Positions 50,977 through 64,000 of a DNA stretch of 64,000 nucleotides are shown here, piece by piece. Under the pieces are notes generated by a model. That model was not told where the DNA came from. It saw only the letters and a program-made list of their open reading frames with translations, and made no database searches. Numbering within the stretch: position 1 is the stretch's first letter; every line of letters begins with the position of its first letter. Made by a program: the position numbers and the translations under genes. The stretch comes from Octopus vulgaris (Eukaryota): positions 35,588,001-35,652,000 of the forward strand of contig OX597819.1 in assembly GCA_951406725.2 (NCBI GenBank), written 5' to 3'.

Positions 50977-52690
50977 CATATATATACATATATCTTTAAA
51001 TAAATTTGAGTGATGTTTCTCTGTCCATTACGTTTTTATGCTCATTAACTCTTCCTAGACTGTTGGCGCAAGGACAATGAAACTCAAACCAGCAACTCCC
51101 CTAATCTCAGGGAATGTCCTACAGGAGGGGGTCTATTTTTTAAGCACCCTCCGCCCATTTTTACTGCCTTTTAAAACTAAATACATGGCATTGGTGACCA
51201 AATCAGAGCAATGACAATGACTTTCGTATAATGAGTATCATAAGAAGGTTCAATTTCTGAAGGGCTGCTTAAATGGGGCCCCATTGCCCCCCCCCCCCCC
51301 TATTTTTACTGCATTTACCTCGCTCATATGCATATTGATTAAACTATGATCAGCATCAGTGCTTAGTACATTTTCAGAAATAAGTTTGGGCATTCTAAAT
51401 ACCTTCACGTACATTCAAATCGAGATAAAGAGTTATAACAGGTACATTTCAAGTGTGGCATGTGGATATTTATATTTTGTAGTTTATGAAACTTATGTCT
51501 AGGTGGAAAACTAATCTTCCTGTTCTGGTTAGAGTATCCCCTAAAGATTTATAATAGAAGATAGAATGAGATTGAGATTAAATGGATCCTATTAATTTTA
51601 TCCCAATCTCATTTTAATACTTTTTTGGAGATGGTGAAGTGATGGAAAAATTATGATTGCTATGATAGTCATACACTTCACTTGCTTAGTACGAACGGAG
51701 GTTCAAGTCTAGAAATATGAAGTAAATTAATTACCAGAGTGAATTTGGAAGCATATATAACTCAATGAAAGTACTGCAAAATAGATCCCAAAGACCTCAA
51801 AGATGCCCTCTTGAGGAGCTAGCCCGAATGCCACCAGAAGGGTGGCTTTAAGGTTTCAAGGCTAGTATATGGTGAATGCTTTGGACAGCAAGATAATATT
51901 CTTGTATTGCTATTAGCAGTCTCAAATCCTACGTTGCTCTCCCATAAAACACACACACACACACACACACACACAAAGAAAAAAAAAATCAGCACAAGGC
52001 CATGATAAAAATGTTTGAGAGTTATTGTGAAGGTTTTGTAATCTCTTGCCAAGAATACAAAGGGAGAATTCATTGTTTGCTTCCTTTATTCAAAAGCTTT
52101 TATCTTTGCAACAATTAATCCTCAGAAATTAAAATAAAACAAGATCCGATGCTTTTGTATATATATGTCTATGTACACCCCCGCCCCATATATGTAAAAA
52201 CTATATTATAGTAAAAAGCCTGACATGTCTTTTTAATAAAATCACACTATTATGCTATTAGATATAATCATTGAAAATGGGTTCATCATTCTTATTCAAG
52301 ATTTAAAAGCTTTCTATATGTTGTTTTCTTTCAAACATTACAGAACTGATGAAAAAATCACAAGACATAACTAAATAACACTATGCTATAGATTTGGATA
52401 GCTTTGCAGAGAATAATATATTATGGTCATGTGAATCTTTGTATGTGGAGGCATTTGTAAAGAAATGCGTATGTGTTTGCTTTGTTGTTGTTGTTGTCGT
52501 CACTAACAGAACTAAAGTGAAAGGCATAAGGTTGGTCCATCCACCCCCACCTTATTGAATGCTACTTTTTGGGGAATCAGTAAAAACTTAAGGAATGCCT
52601 TGGTGACCTACATGGGTATGCTGAAAAGTTTTTGGCTTTGGATAAAAAAAAAACACAGGAGGATCAGTTAATTATGATTTTTATTCAACA

Positions 52691-53043
52691 CGAGCAAAAC
52701 ATCCCGTGTCCAATGGGCGGTACTGAGTTGTCACACATTTAAACCAAATTTTCTCAAAACAACTTGTCCAACCGTCCCATAGGCCTTCCCTTTGAGAAAC
52801 ACTGATTTAACCTAAATTTGAGATACCAGTAAAAGAAGAAATAAAGATAGACTTTTTTTCTATTCCAAGAAAAACGATTTTACAAATGCACATTCCCACG
52901 GCTTTATCGATCGCATTCTCACCTGGAATCGATTTTTGTAATTTTTTCAAGACTTATACATATCAAATTTGAGTGCAATCGGATGGAGGATGCCCAAGAT
53001 CCTAGAAGACACACAGACAGACAGAACGATTTTATATAATAGA
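52691..53043 (-). mobile_element. Non-autonomous Helitron-like element, copy 1 (internally deleted)
   Basis: Minus strand a|TCTATTATATAAA, (CTGT)n near the 5' end, 3' end ...TTTTGCTCG|t; A/T target, no TSD. Confidence 0.7.
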
Positions 53044-53102
53044 TATTCACATCATTTGACCAATCCCAGATAAATAAGTAACCAATCTGTCTATATAGGT
53101 AA

Positions 53103-53558
53103 CGAGCAAAACGCCACCCATCCAATGGACGCTGCTGAGTTGTCAAACATTTAAACCAAATTTTATCAAAACAACTTTTTTGACCGTCCTATAGGCCTCC
53201 CCTTTGAGTAACACTGATTTAACCTAAATTTGAGACACCAGCAAAAGAAGAAATAAAGATAGACATTTTTTCTATTCCAAAGAAAAATGATTTTGTTCAC
53301 ACAAATATGCAACCAAAGTGTTTAAAGTACCAGTAAGTTCATCGTAACAGCTAATGTACTTGCACACACAAATGCACGCTCCCACGGCTTTATCGATCAC
53401 ATTCTCACCTGAAATCGATTTTTGTAATTTTTTCAAGACTTATACATGCCCTGATACTGTAGGTATCTACATATCAAATTTGAGCACAATCGGATGGAGG
53501 ATGCCCGAGATCCTAGAAGACACACACACAGACAGACAGAACGGATTTATATAATAGA
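53103..53558 (-). mobile_element. Non-autonomous Helitron-like element, copy 2
   Basis: Direct repeat of 52691-53043 with the same termini and extra internal sequence. Confidence 0.7.
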
Positions 53559-53769
53559 TATTCCCATCTCAGATTCACACTCTTATTGCAGCAGTCCTTC
53601 AGTTTTTCTAAGCCCTATAAAAGAACTTGGAAGATTAGGCCTCCAACCAGGCCTTTTGCAATACTCTTAGAGCTAGGAACTTCTCAATACCCACCCTCAT
53701 CTGTAAGCTCTAGCTTTGCTATTGGCTATAGTTGAGTTTCTAGATCAGTTATGAGTGAGCAGACCTTTT

Positions 53770-54156
53770 TATTCTTTTATTCTTTTACTTGTTTCAGTCA
53801 TTTCATTGCAGCCATGCACTGCCTTTATTTGAACAAATCAACCCCAGGACATATTCTTTGTAAGCCTAGTACTTATCCTATAGGTCTCTTTCGCTGTTAT
53901 GGGGACATAAACACACCAGCATCAATTGTCAAGTGATGGTGGGGTAACAAACACAGACACACAAACATATACATATACATATATATATATATACGATGGG
54001 CTTCTTTCAGTTTCCATCTACCAAATCCACTCACAAGGCTTTGGTAGGCCTGAGGCTATAGTAGAATACACTTGCCCAAGGTGCCAAGCAGTGGGATTGA
54101 ACCCAGGACCATGTGGCTGGAAAGCAAGCTTCTTACCACACAGCCACTCCTGCGTC
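53770..54156 (-). mobile_element. SINE family B
   Basis: Family motifs. Confidence 0.85.
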
Positions 54157-55137
54157 TAGAATGCGACTAACTCTATAGTACTAAAGTGCTCCCAGTATTG
54201 CCTAAAGTGGTAGCTGGAAATGCAGAAGCATCATAGGATTCAGGAGGACACTTTTGTCATGTCTTGTCAAGTACATAACAATCTCTCTAGTGTTGGTGCC
54301 ACAACAAGAATGCACTCACTATAAACTATAAAGGGTTTGATGCTAGGAAGAAGATCCAGCTGTAGGAACCATGCTAAATGAAAGTGGATATGAAGGACAT
54401 GGTTCCTGGTTACACCTGGAAGGGCAGTAACCTTAAACAAGAACTGATTTAGATTATGATAATCTGTCCAACCTATTGAAAGTGGACATAAAATAATGAT
54501 TATGATGGTGATGATGGTAACGATGACAATGACGACAACGACAACGATGATGATGAGGAAGGTGTGCAGCAAAGCATCTAGGATTAAGGGGGTCAAACCT
54601 TGCCTAGTCCAAAAATTGAACCCATGATCTCATGATCTTGAGTTGAACATCCTAACTTATTAGGCCACATGCCTTACTTCTTGGAGCTGATCATTAACTG
54701 TTTTGGAGGTAGAGAAATTAGCAAGTAGTTAGTAAGGGACATAACAATCCCCTTTGAAGTAAAATTATTTTCCAAGTTTCTATTTTTCTGACTAGATACA
54801 TGAAGAAATTAAAAAAATTTTTCTTTCCAGTAAATGATAATTCTGGACACAGTGTATCATAATACATCAATAGTAGTCGTTATTGTTTAAGGTTAGTAGC
54901 TGAGATGCCATCTAGGCGTATAGATTTGCCAATGATGTATATCATTATGTTATATATAAAAGGGTAAAGACCCCGTTCAATCATGAATGACCATGGGATT
55001 GCACCCAGAAAGTTACCCTCCAAGGCACAAGACTGGGCAAGGTTGTTTATGGAAGACCAGCAGTCACCCATGCATATCAGCCTCTCCTCTGCATGCCATG
55101 GATGTTATCCAGGGGGAAGCAAAGGCCAATACATGAA

Positions 55138-55479
55138 GGCACATGGCTCAGTGGTTAGAGCATTGGGCTCACAATCATGAGGTAGTGAGTTCAATTCCTG
55201 GACCGGGCTGTGTGTTGTGTTCTTGAGCGAGACACTTTATTTCATGTTGCTCCAGTTCACTCAGCTGTAGAAATGAGTCGGGACATCACTGGTGCCAAGC
55301 TGTATCGGCTGTTGCCTTTCCCTTGGATAACATTGGTGGCATGGAGAAGGGAACCTGGTATGCATGGGAGACTGCTGGTCTTCTATAAACAACCTTGCCT
55401 GGACTTGTGACTTGGAGGGAACTTTCAAGGTGCAATCCCATGGGTATTCATGACCGAAGGGGGTCTTTACTCTTTTATA
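55138..55479 (+). mobile_element. SINE family D, full length, preceded by an inverted copy of its 3' half
   Basis: TGGCTCAGTGGTTAGAGC (A box), GAGTTCAATTCC (B box), CTTGAGCGAGACACTT; 54955-55133 is the reverse complement of 55301-55479. Confidence 0.88.
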
Positions 55480-55792
55480 GATGAATGCACACATGTTTAA
55501 GCTGTAACAGTGCTATTATGATTATCTACTAATACATATGGCTAATATGGCACTTGAAAATGACCATGGCTTGTATATCATCTGTCGGCAGGTGTAAAAG
55601 GGCCCGGTTGAAGATCATTTGATGTCAGACACTTTAAGATGACCTGTAGAAGGCAGTCAGCACTACATTTGGATGGATGTGCAAAAGTAGCAGCTGACTG
55701 AACCTGGGGCAGGAAGCTTTCTGTTCAATATGCTGAGCAATGCAGGAGGACATGCAGCTAAAGCTAAAATTACGTTGGAAGTCGTGATGTTT

Positions 55793-56395
55793 TCATCATC
55801 ATCATCGTCATCATCATCATCATCATCATCATCATCGTTTAACGTCTGTTTCCTGTGCTAGCACAGGTTGGACAGTTTGACCGGGGTCTGGGAATCCAGG
55901 AGGCTGCACCAGGCTCCGGTCTGATCTGGCAGTGTGTTTACAGCTGGATGCCCTTCCTAACGCCAACCACTCCTTGAGTGTAGTGGGTGCTTTTTACGTG
56001 CCACCAGCACAGGTGCCAGGGGAGGCTGGCAGTGGCCATGATCAGTTGGTGCTTTTTACGTGCCACCGGCACAGAAGCCAGTCAAGGCGGCACTGGCATC
56101 GACCATGTTTGGATGGTGCTTTTTACGTGCCACCAGCACAGGTATCACAACTACTATTTCCATTTGATATTTATTTCGATGTTTATGTACTTGACTCAAT
56201 AGGTCTCCTCAAGCACAGCAGGTCATGTGCCACCGGCACAGAGGCATCGGCCACGTTTGGATGGTGCTTTTTACATGCTGCCGGCACAGGTGTCGTAACT
56301 ACAATTCCGTTTGATATTTATTTTGATATTGATGTACTTGACTCAATAGGTCTCCTGAAGCACAGCAGGTCACTCTACGAACCAAGGTAAGCACA
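55793..56395 (-). mobile_element. SINE family C with internal duplications
   Basis: Family tail; repeated GGTGCTTTTTACGTGCCACC; duplicated ...GATGTACTTGACTCAATAGGTCTCCT block. Confidence 0.85.
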
Positions 56396-56609
56396 GCAGG
56401 TACTTTGAGGTACTTAATTTAAAATAACATATGGACAGATTCATTTCTTCTTTTTTCCAACTTCTTTATTGTCTGTCTTATAAAAAAATGGCTAATACTC
56501 AAAATTTTATGAAGCTTTCCTTGCTCAAATGATTTTAGTACATTAAACTATAGTTTGAGTACAGATATTCGATGAAAGAATTAATAGATAATTTATAGGT
56601 CCATAATTT

Positions 56610-56998
56610 CCTCTTTTACTTGTTTCAGTCATTTGACTGCGGCCATGCTGAGCACCGCCTTTGGGCGAGGAAATCGCCCCCCAGGATTTATTCTTTGTAC
56701 TTATCCTATCGGTCTCTTTTGCTGAACCGCTAAGTGACGGGGACGTAAACACACCAGCATCGGTTGTCAAGCGATGTTGGGGGGACAAACACAGACACAC
56801 AAACACATATACATACATACATACATACATATATATGATGAGCTTCTTTCAGTTTCTGTCTACCAAATCCACTCACAAGGCTTTGGTCGGCCCGAGGCTA
56901 TAGTAGAAGACACTTGCCCAAGGTGCCACACAGTGGGACTGAACCCGGAACCATGTGGTTGGTAAGCAAGCTACTTACCACACAGCCACTCCTGTGCT
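56610..56998 (-). mobile_element. SINE family B
   Basis: Family motifs. Confidence 0.9.
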
Positions 56999-57682
56999 TA
57001 TATTTGTTTAGAATAATATAACATCACATTCCCTTCTTATCTCTTAGATTAAATGGTATTTCATTATCTGAACAACATTAAATGTTGATCCACATAACAT
57101 TTTGCTATTAATGTGAGATGGCACTTTTCTATGATGGTAGAGCAGGAGATGAGACCACTTAAGTTTTCAAGTCTGATACCTCTTGACCCTTTTTAGTGGA
57201 GGTCATCTGTAGTCAGTAGTCTATATGAATTGACCAAAAACTATCAATGCACTAAACAAGGTAACCATATCCACTTATGATAACATGGGTAGAGATAACC
57301 TAAGAAGTAAAAGTTCATGCATTTGTTGGAGTTAATTATTCTTAAAAGTGGAAGGACACCAGTTTTGGTTTGAGTGGTTAGTGTAATTTCAGACATTTAA
57401 ATAAATTATGTAAGTTCTCTTTCTATGGATCGGGATGTGTCTTGATTTGCTCTTGATTTCTTGATGGAATATTTGGGTCCCTGTCATATATGGTGTATCT
57501 TGGGTATATTTATACTTGGCAGACTCAGCCTTCTCTAGGTCTGAAGTCAGCCCACGGCTGATTTCACTTCTTCCGGAGAGAAAGAGAGAATGAGAGAGAG
57601 AGAGAGAGTGTGTGTGTGTGTGAGAGAGAGAGAGAAAGAGAGAGAGTGTTTGTATGTGAGAGTGTTGCGTGTGTGTGTGTGT

Positions 57683-57756
<74 letters not shown>

Positions 57757-57969
57757 AGAATTGATACTAGTACAAGATTGGTATTTATTTACTGATCCTA
57801 AAATGTTGAAAAGCAAAGGGATTTGAGCTCTGAAAGCAGAGAATTGGTACAGTTACTACATGGCAATGTATTTAATGGCCTAACGGCTAATTAGCTGTAA
57901 GCCAAATCTACTCTAATAAAGGAAAAATATGTAATGACCATTAATTATACTGTGTCTTATATATTAGGA

Positions 57970-58612
57970 CTCACCGAGGCAATGACTAGTGACTGAGACC
58001 TTTGGAAATATGCTGTTCTTGAGAAGACCTGGCAAACCAAGTGAGACCATAACCTCGTGGCCTATGCCAGGGGTGTAACCAGCCCACTTAAGCATACCTT
58101 TCCTTCATTGAACACTAAACTCTGTTTGCAAAGAGCTGTTGAGGCAAGTGAAATTGAAATCAAATTTGATGACTGGCATCCATTCTAGTGGAGTTCTAAG
58201 AGCACCATCCAAGTGTGATCATTGCCAGAGCAGCTAAGTGGCAAGTAAAAAGCATCATTCGAGTGTGATCGTTACCAGTGTCGCCTTACAGGTACTTATG
58301 TTGGTGGCTTGTGAAAAAACATTGCCAATGCCACTGGACTGGCTCCTGTGCAGGTGGCACGTGAAAAACACCATTTGAGCGTGGCTGTTGCCAGTACTAC
58401 CTGATTGGCCTTTGTGCCGGTGGCACGTAAAAGCATTCACTACACTCTCGGAGTGGTTGACGTTAAGAAGGGCATCTAGCAGTAGAAACTCTGCCAGATC
58501 AGATTGGGGCTTGGTGCAGCCATCTGGTTCGCCAGTCCTCAGTCAAATCATCCAACCCAGGCTAGCATGGAAAGCGGGCATTAAACGATGATGATGATGA
58601 TGATGATGATGA

Positions 58613-58614
<2 letters not shown>
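57970..58614 (+). mobile_element. SINE family C, long copy
   Basis: 5' part matches the 9200-9285 region (GCATACCTT.CCTTC, CTGTTGAGGCAAGTGA); (GAT)n tail. Confidence 0.8.
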
Positions 58615-58694
<80 letters not shown>

Positions 58695-59136
58695 GTATAT
58701 GTTTATATATATATGTATATTTATATGTACGTATGTATGTATGTATATGTACATGTATAAATAGTCATCTAAGAATCCGGGAGTCAGATAAAATGACACT
58801 TGTATATTGGTCAACAGAGAAAGTATTTTAATATATATACACTAACTCTTTCAGCCAAGTTTACCAATCAGTTTCAAATATGAAACTCTCCCACTCCCAC
58901 ACTTGTCAGAAGGATTGTTAGTGAACAGTATGGTGACAGCTGTACACTACTAGTTGTCACAAAGTGTCACAGTCAGTTGTGAGTGTTGCGGAAAACGGCA
59001 ATGGAGAATGTCTGGGAGAAGTTCAGAGGAAATCCTGGTAGAGTTATGCCCTTTAGATGAGGATCAGCAGTGCCTCCATGTTGTAAAAAGTATTGACAGA
59101 GTAATGATGGGGTTGGGTATGGTAGATATGTGTGTA

Positions 59137-59364
59137 GGCGAGCTGGCAGAATCATTAACATGCCAGGTGAAATGCTTAGCAGTATTTCATCTGTCGCTAC
59201 GTTCTGAGTTCAAATTCCGCCGAGGTCGACTTTGCCTTTCATTCTTTCGGGGTCAATTAAATAAGTACCAGTTACGCACTGGGGTCAATGTAATCGACTT
59301 GATCCATTTGTCTGTCCTTGTTTGTCCCCTCTGTGTTTAGCCCCTTGTGGGCAGTAAAGAAATA
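59137..59364 (+). mobile_element. SINE family A
   Basis: Full-length family match. Confidence 0.92.
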
Positions 59365-59624
59365 GATATGTGTGCAGGGAGTGGAAAACAGTGATGGGGG
59401 AGGTAGTCAATCTTAAAAACATGTGTGGACATCTATGGGTGAACATATGTGTGTTTGCATGAAGTGAGCTGGATGGGGAAAACCTTGTGTTGAAACTTCA
59501 GACTACTGTGATAGGAAATACTGATGGTCAAAGCCCTAACATTTACATTTTTGGGGCCAATCTGCTAATATCCAAGTATATATCTCTTTTCATGTGGGAA
59601 AGATCAGATTTCACTTTCACAGTT

Positions 59625-59950
59625 TACTCTTTTACTTGTTTCAGTCATTTGACTGTGGCCATGCTGGAGCACCACCTTTAGTCGAGCCTAGTACTTATTC
59701 TATCGGTCTCTTTTGCCGAACCGCTAAGTAACGGGGACGTAAACACAGACACACAAACATATACACACACATATATATACATATATACGACGGACTTCTT
59801 TCAGTTTCCGTCTACCAAATCCACTCACGAGGCTTTGGTCGGCCCGAGGCTATAGTAAAAGACACTTGCCCAAGGTGCCACACAGTGGGACTGAACCCGG
59901 AAGCATGTGGTTGGTAAGCAAGCTACTTACCACACAGCCACTCCTGCGCT
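59625..59950 (-). mobile_element. SINE family B with internal deletions
   Basis: Family motifs. Confidence 0.9.
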
Positions 59951-60329
59951 TATGTGAAACAGTGGGTGAGGTGAGAAGTAAGGGACATAATGATCTCCTT
60001 TGAAGTAACTAGATCTTGTAATGCAGGGAAACAGCTGCTTATTCAATTACCTGCATGCCTGGAGAACTATGTTGCATGGAAACAATTGTAGTGATTGAAA
60101 AATAAATATCCAATCATACCCCTTCTTGTTGACTCCAACTTTTTCAATTATCTATTCACACATGACAGATGCCTAAATGCAAACTTGGAAGTATGTATAA
60201 TATTACTAGTGGATAGCACAAGGTAGATCTGAATGTTGATGAGCTTTATACTGTACTCTACTATGTTCTTAATAGAATATTCCCCAACTATATATAAATA
60301 TACATATACATATGTACATACACACACAG

Positions 60330-60407
<78 letters not shown>

Positions 60408-60602
60408 TGAAAAAACCCACCTTTTATCAATACAAAACGAACAATTAAATTACACCATCTAGAAAATCACATATAATAGAAATATTAAAATTAAAATAAC
60501 AATAAAATATCAATGATTGAGTAAATTGCAAAAAACATAATAAAAACGAATATAATTGGTAGAATAACGACAAGTGTTTCGTGGCTAAGGTATTTTTTTT
60601 CA

Positions 60603-60935
60603 TATATATAATTTTATATATATATACATATGTGTGTGTGTACACACACATACATACATCAAAAGACACAAACACAGACACACACTTACAGATACATACA
60701 TAATTATGTGTACTAATTTGTTGAGGGATTGTTGAGGAAACTTCAGTTATAGTTACTTTGCATCTATGTATATATAATTTTATATATATATACATATGTG
60801 TGTGTGTACACACACATACATACATCAAAAGACACAAACACAGACACACACTTACAGATACATACATAATTATGTGTACTAATTTATTGAGGGATTGTTG
60901 AGGAAACTTCAGTTATAGTTACTTTGCATCTATGT
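60603..60935. repeat. Tandem duplication, period 166 bp
   Basis: Two near-identical copies (one mismatch seen: AATTTGTTGAG vs AATTTATTGAG). Confidence 0.92.
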
Positions 60936-61010
60936 ATGTGTGAGTGTGTGTGTGTGTATGTGTGTGTGCGTGTGTGTGTGCATGTGTGTGCATATATGCA
61001 TGTTTATGTA

Positions 61011-61415
61011 TCACCATCATCATCATCATCGTTTAACATCCGTTTTCCATGCTAGCATGGGTTGGGCAATTTGACTGTGGACTGGTGAGCCAGATGACTG
61101 CACAGGCTCCAATCTCTTCTGGCAGAATTTCTACAGCTGGATGCCCTTCCTAATGGCAACCACTCTGAGGGCCAGTGAGGCAGTACTGGTAACGGCCACA
61201 CTCAAATGGTGTTTTTTACATGCCACTTGCACAGGAGCCAGTCGAGTGGCACTGGCAACGACCTCGCTTGAATGTTTTCTCACGTGCCACCGTATCATCA
61301 TCATCATCATCATTGTTTAGTGTCCATTTTCCACGCTAGCACGGGTTGGATGGTTCGACTGGGGTCTGGGAAGCCAGGGGCTGCACCAGGCTCCAGTCTG
61401 ATCTGGCAGTGTTTC
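61011..61415 (-). mobile_element. Two adjacent SINE family C copies
   Basis: (CAT)n tails at 61011 and 61294, each followed by family motifs. Confidence 0.82.
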
Positions 61416-61634
61416 TATATATATATATATATATTGTTGGTTGCCATCCTTTCTGTCTCGGGAGACAATGGAGTTGCGCACAAGTAGTCTAGTCCGGCTT
61501 TTATATTTCATGTCCTGATACATTTCCTGCTGTGGCTGTGTAGTCATATACATATATACATATATATATACATGTATGAATATATATATATATATGTATT
61601 TATATATGTATATATAAATATATATATATGTATA

Positions 61635-61674
<40 letters not shown>

Positions 61675-61955
61675 TGTGTGTAGATATATAAGCATATATT
61701 TATAAACATTAATACATGTATACACACCCACCCACCCACCCACCAACACACACACACACGCATATGTATATATGTGTATACATGTTCATATACACAGACA
61801 TATATACACATGTATATATAGTCTTACATATATACACACATACACACATTTCATTAGGATAAGTTTGAGTACTCAGCTCATGAGTATTTGGCATTCTTAA
61901 TCAGCACTCTGTAACATACATCGCCATAGATAAGACAAAACATAAGCAGTTTGTG

Positions 61956-61999
<44 letters not shown>

Positions 62000-62142
62000 A
62001 TGTGTATGTGCATGTGTGTGTGTGTGTGTGTGTGAGCATGTTTGTACATGTATTTGTGTATATGTGTATGCATGTCTGGGTATGTGCATGCAGATATGTT
62101 TATCTGAATGGGTTAAATCTATATCTATATATATGTAATATA

Positions 62143-62208
<66 letters not shown>

Positions 62209-62316
62209 TATATATACATAGACACACATATCTATATATATATACATATGTATATGTACACATATATATATACATATATCTATATACACATATATACATA
62301 TATGTATATATATCTA

Positions 62317-62467
<151 letters not shown>

Positions 62468-62744
62468 ATATTTTATTTTATAGAAGGAGCTTCTACAGGA
62501 CTAGAACTGTTTCATTCAGATATATATAAGCATATCTTAAATAAAAATGGTCCGAAGACTGAAGAATACTTTGTAAACATCTCTTGGAGTACACCAAGAA
62601 TATAATCTTTTAAAGACAGAAGTTCAAATTGATAACTTGCTAGCTTTAGATTGATGAGTCTTGTCTTTGGAGTTTTGAGATTATGTCTGCGAATCAGTTG
62701 TAATGTAAAGTACTATGTCAGGACGATAAAGAAAAGGAAGATTC

Positions 62745-62858
<114 letters not shown>

Positions 62859-63257
62859 TGAGTGAGAGGGAGAGAGAGAGAGAGATAAAAAACAAAAAAC
62901 AAGCATAGTATTTTCATCGTCTGGTGGTTGGTATGGATTCTAGGTATACCAACTTGAAGTATCAAGTTTAAAAACAAAAACTGTTCGTGTGTGCTTGTAT
63001 GTGTGTGTGTGTGTGTGTGTATAAGTTTGAGTGAGTTAATGAAGGGAGAGGCAAGGAGGGGGAAGGAGTGGGAGGGAGTGGGAAGGAGGGGGAAGGAGGG
63101 GGAAGGAAGGGGCAGGAATGTGAAGGAGGGGAGGGAGTGGGAGGGGGAATGAGTAGGAGGGAGTGGGAGTGGTGAGAGAGGGTGGTAAGAGTGAGTGTGA
63201 TAGAAGGAGGAAAGTGGGGAAAAGAGAATGTGCATATATAAATATATTATCTGTCTG

Positions 63258-63297
<40 letters not shown>

Positions 63298-63532
63298 CTT
63301 TCTCTTTCTTCCCCCCCTCTCTCTCTCTCTTGCTATATATATATATATACATACACACACACACCAGCACCCCACCCCATGTATATATTTATACACTTAG
63401 AGAGAGAGAGAGAAAGAGGAAGAGAATGTTTGAGTGCATGAGTATGTGTTTTTAAAAGTGAGATAGAGAAGGAGAGGGAAATGAGAAGAGAGTGATGTTG
63501 GAGGTTGGAGGGTATGGTTAGAGATGGTGTGC

Positions 63533-63563
<31 letters not shown>

Positions 63564-63894
63564 TGTGTGTGTATGTGCATGTGTTGTGTACACCTACACA
63601 TACAAGCATTTACCCTTCCCCCTCTCTCTGTTGCATGCATACAGATGCATACATACAAGCACATGTTTATACTCATGAATATAGACACACACACACACAC
63701 ACATGTTTACATATTAATTCTCAACCAAAAGAAGACCATTCTGCCAATTGGTTGACTGCAACTCTTTCCCAACACCACTACCAATGGCCAATGGACACTC
63801 CCTTTCCTTCCATGTACAAGGACTCCTGTCCTTTGACCTTGTTGCTGTTTTAGTATTGTGGCTACTTTATGAATATTTAGAATATATAACTGTT

Positions 63895-64000
63895 TCTGTA
63901 ATGATGAAGAATATACGCCGCATCCTTCGTGTCCAATGGCATCACTTTGTCTCCAACAATTTGGTGCGACACCAGTGCAGAATCACCTCCCTCCGACAAG
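63895..64000 (+). mobile_element. RTE-like LINE C-terminal fragment running off the window
   Basis: MMKNIRRILRVQWHHFVSNNLVRHQC resembles the RTE motif LRRI..I.W.D.ISN seen in ORF 5764-6492. Confidence 0.65.

Larger units (their letters stand above)
52615..53697. mobile_element. mariner-type MITE interrupted by two Helitron-like copies
   Basis: Imperfect TIRs GGGTATGCTGAAAAGTTTTTGGCTTT / AGAGCTAGGAACTTCTCAATACCC. Confidence 0.55.

Noticed and set aside
55138-55210. tRNA gene
   Set aside because: A and B boxes are present, but the sequence continues into a repeated SINE body; it is a SINE head, as are those of families A and B.
58055-58150. Possible HDV-like ribozyme in the 5' part of SINE family C (also 9200-9285)
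   Set aside because: I could not build a consistent P1/P1.1/P2/P3 nested pseudoknot in either copy by eye; a covariance-model search is needed.
13749-59950. Recurrent ORFs such as DGLLSVSVYQIHSQG...EDTCPRCHAVGLNPEPCGW and LQLDALPNANH
   Set aside because: These are translations of SINE families B and C, not a gene family.

Overview
Eukaryotic, AT-rich, microsatellite-saturated DNA. The SINE repertoire and repeat landscape point to an octopus (coleoid cephalopod); this is my recognition, not a database result. I find no host protein-coding exon, so the window is probably intergenic or inside a very long intron. Nearly all supplied ORFs are translations of simple repeats or SINEs. Real coding remnants all belong to transposons: two Penelope-like GIY-YIG endonucleases, three RTE LINE pieces, a CR1-type RT, a Dong/R4-type endonuclease in (TAA)n, Tc1/mariner pieces, and a Ty3/Gypsy element with both LTRs and a 5-bp TSD. 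There are also four SINE families, several MITEs and two Helitron-like copies. Three signals stand out. (1) Several mutually dissimilar inserts at (TA)n tracts carry type I hammerhead ribozyme motifs; one core is intact and one lies in a 457-nt unit with 135-nt terminal redundancy, suggesting Penelope pLTRs or retrozymes. (2) The Gypsy element has no tRNA primer site but has a 13-nt perfect LTR/PBS complementarity, suggesting self-priming. (3) A ~43-bp minisatellite has units resembling back-to-back splice signals or paired E-boxes. Coordinates were read by eye; SINE and degenerate element edges may be off by about 10-20 nt.
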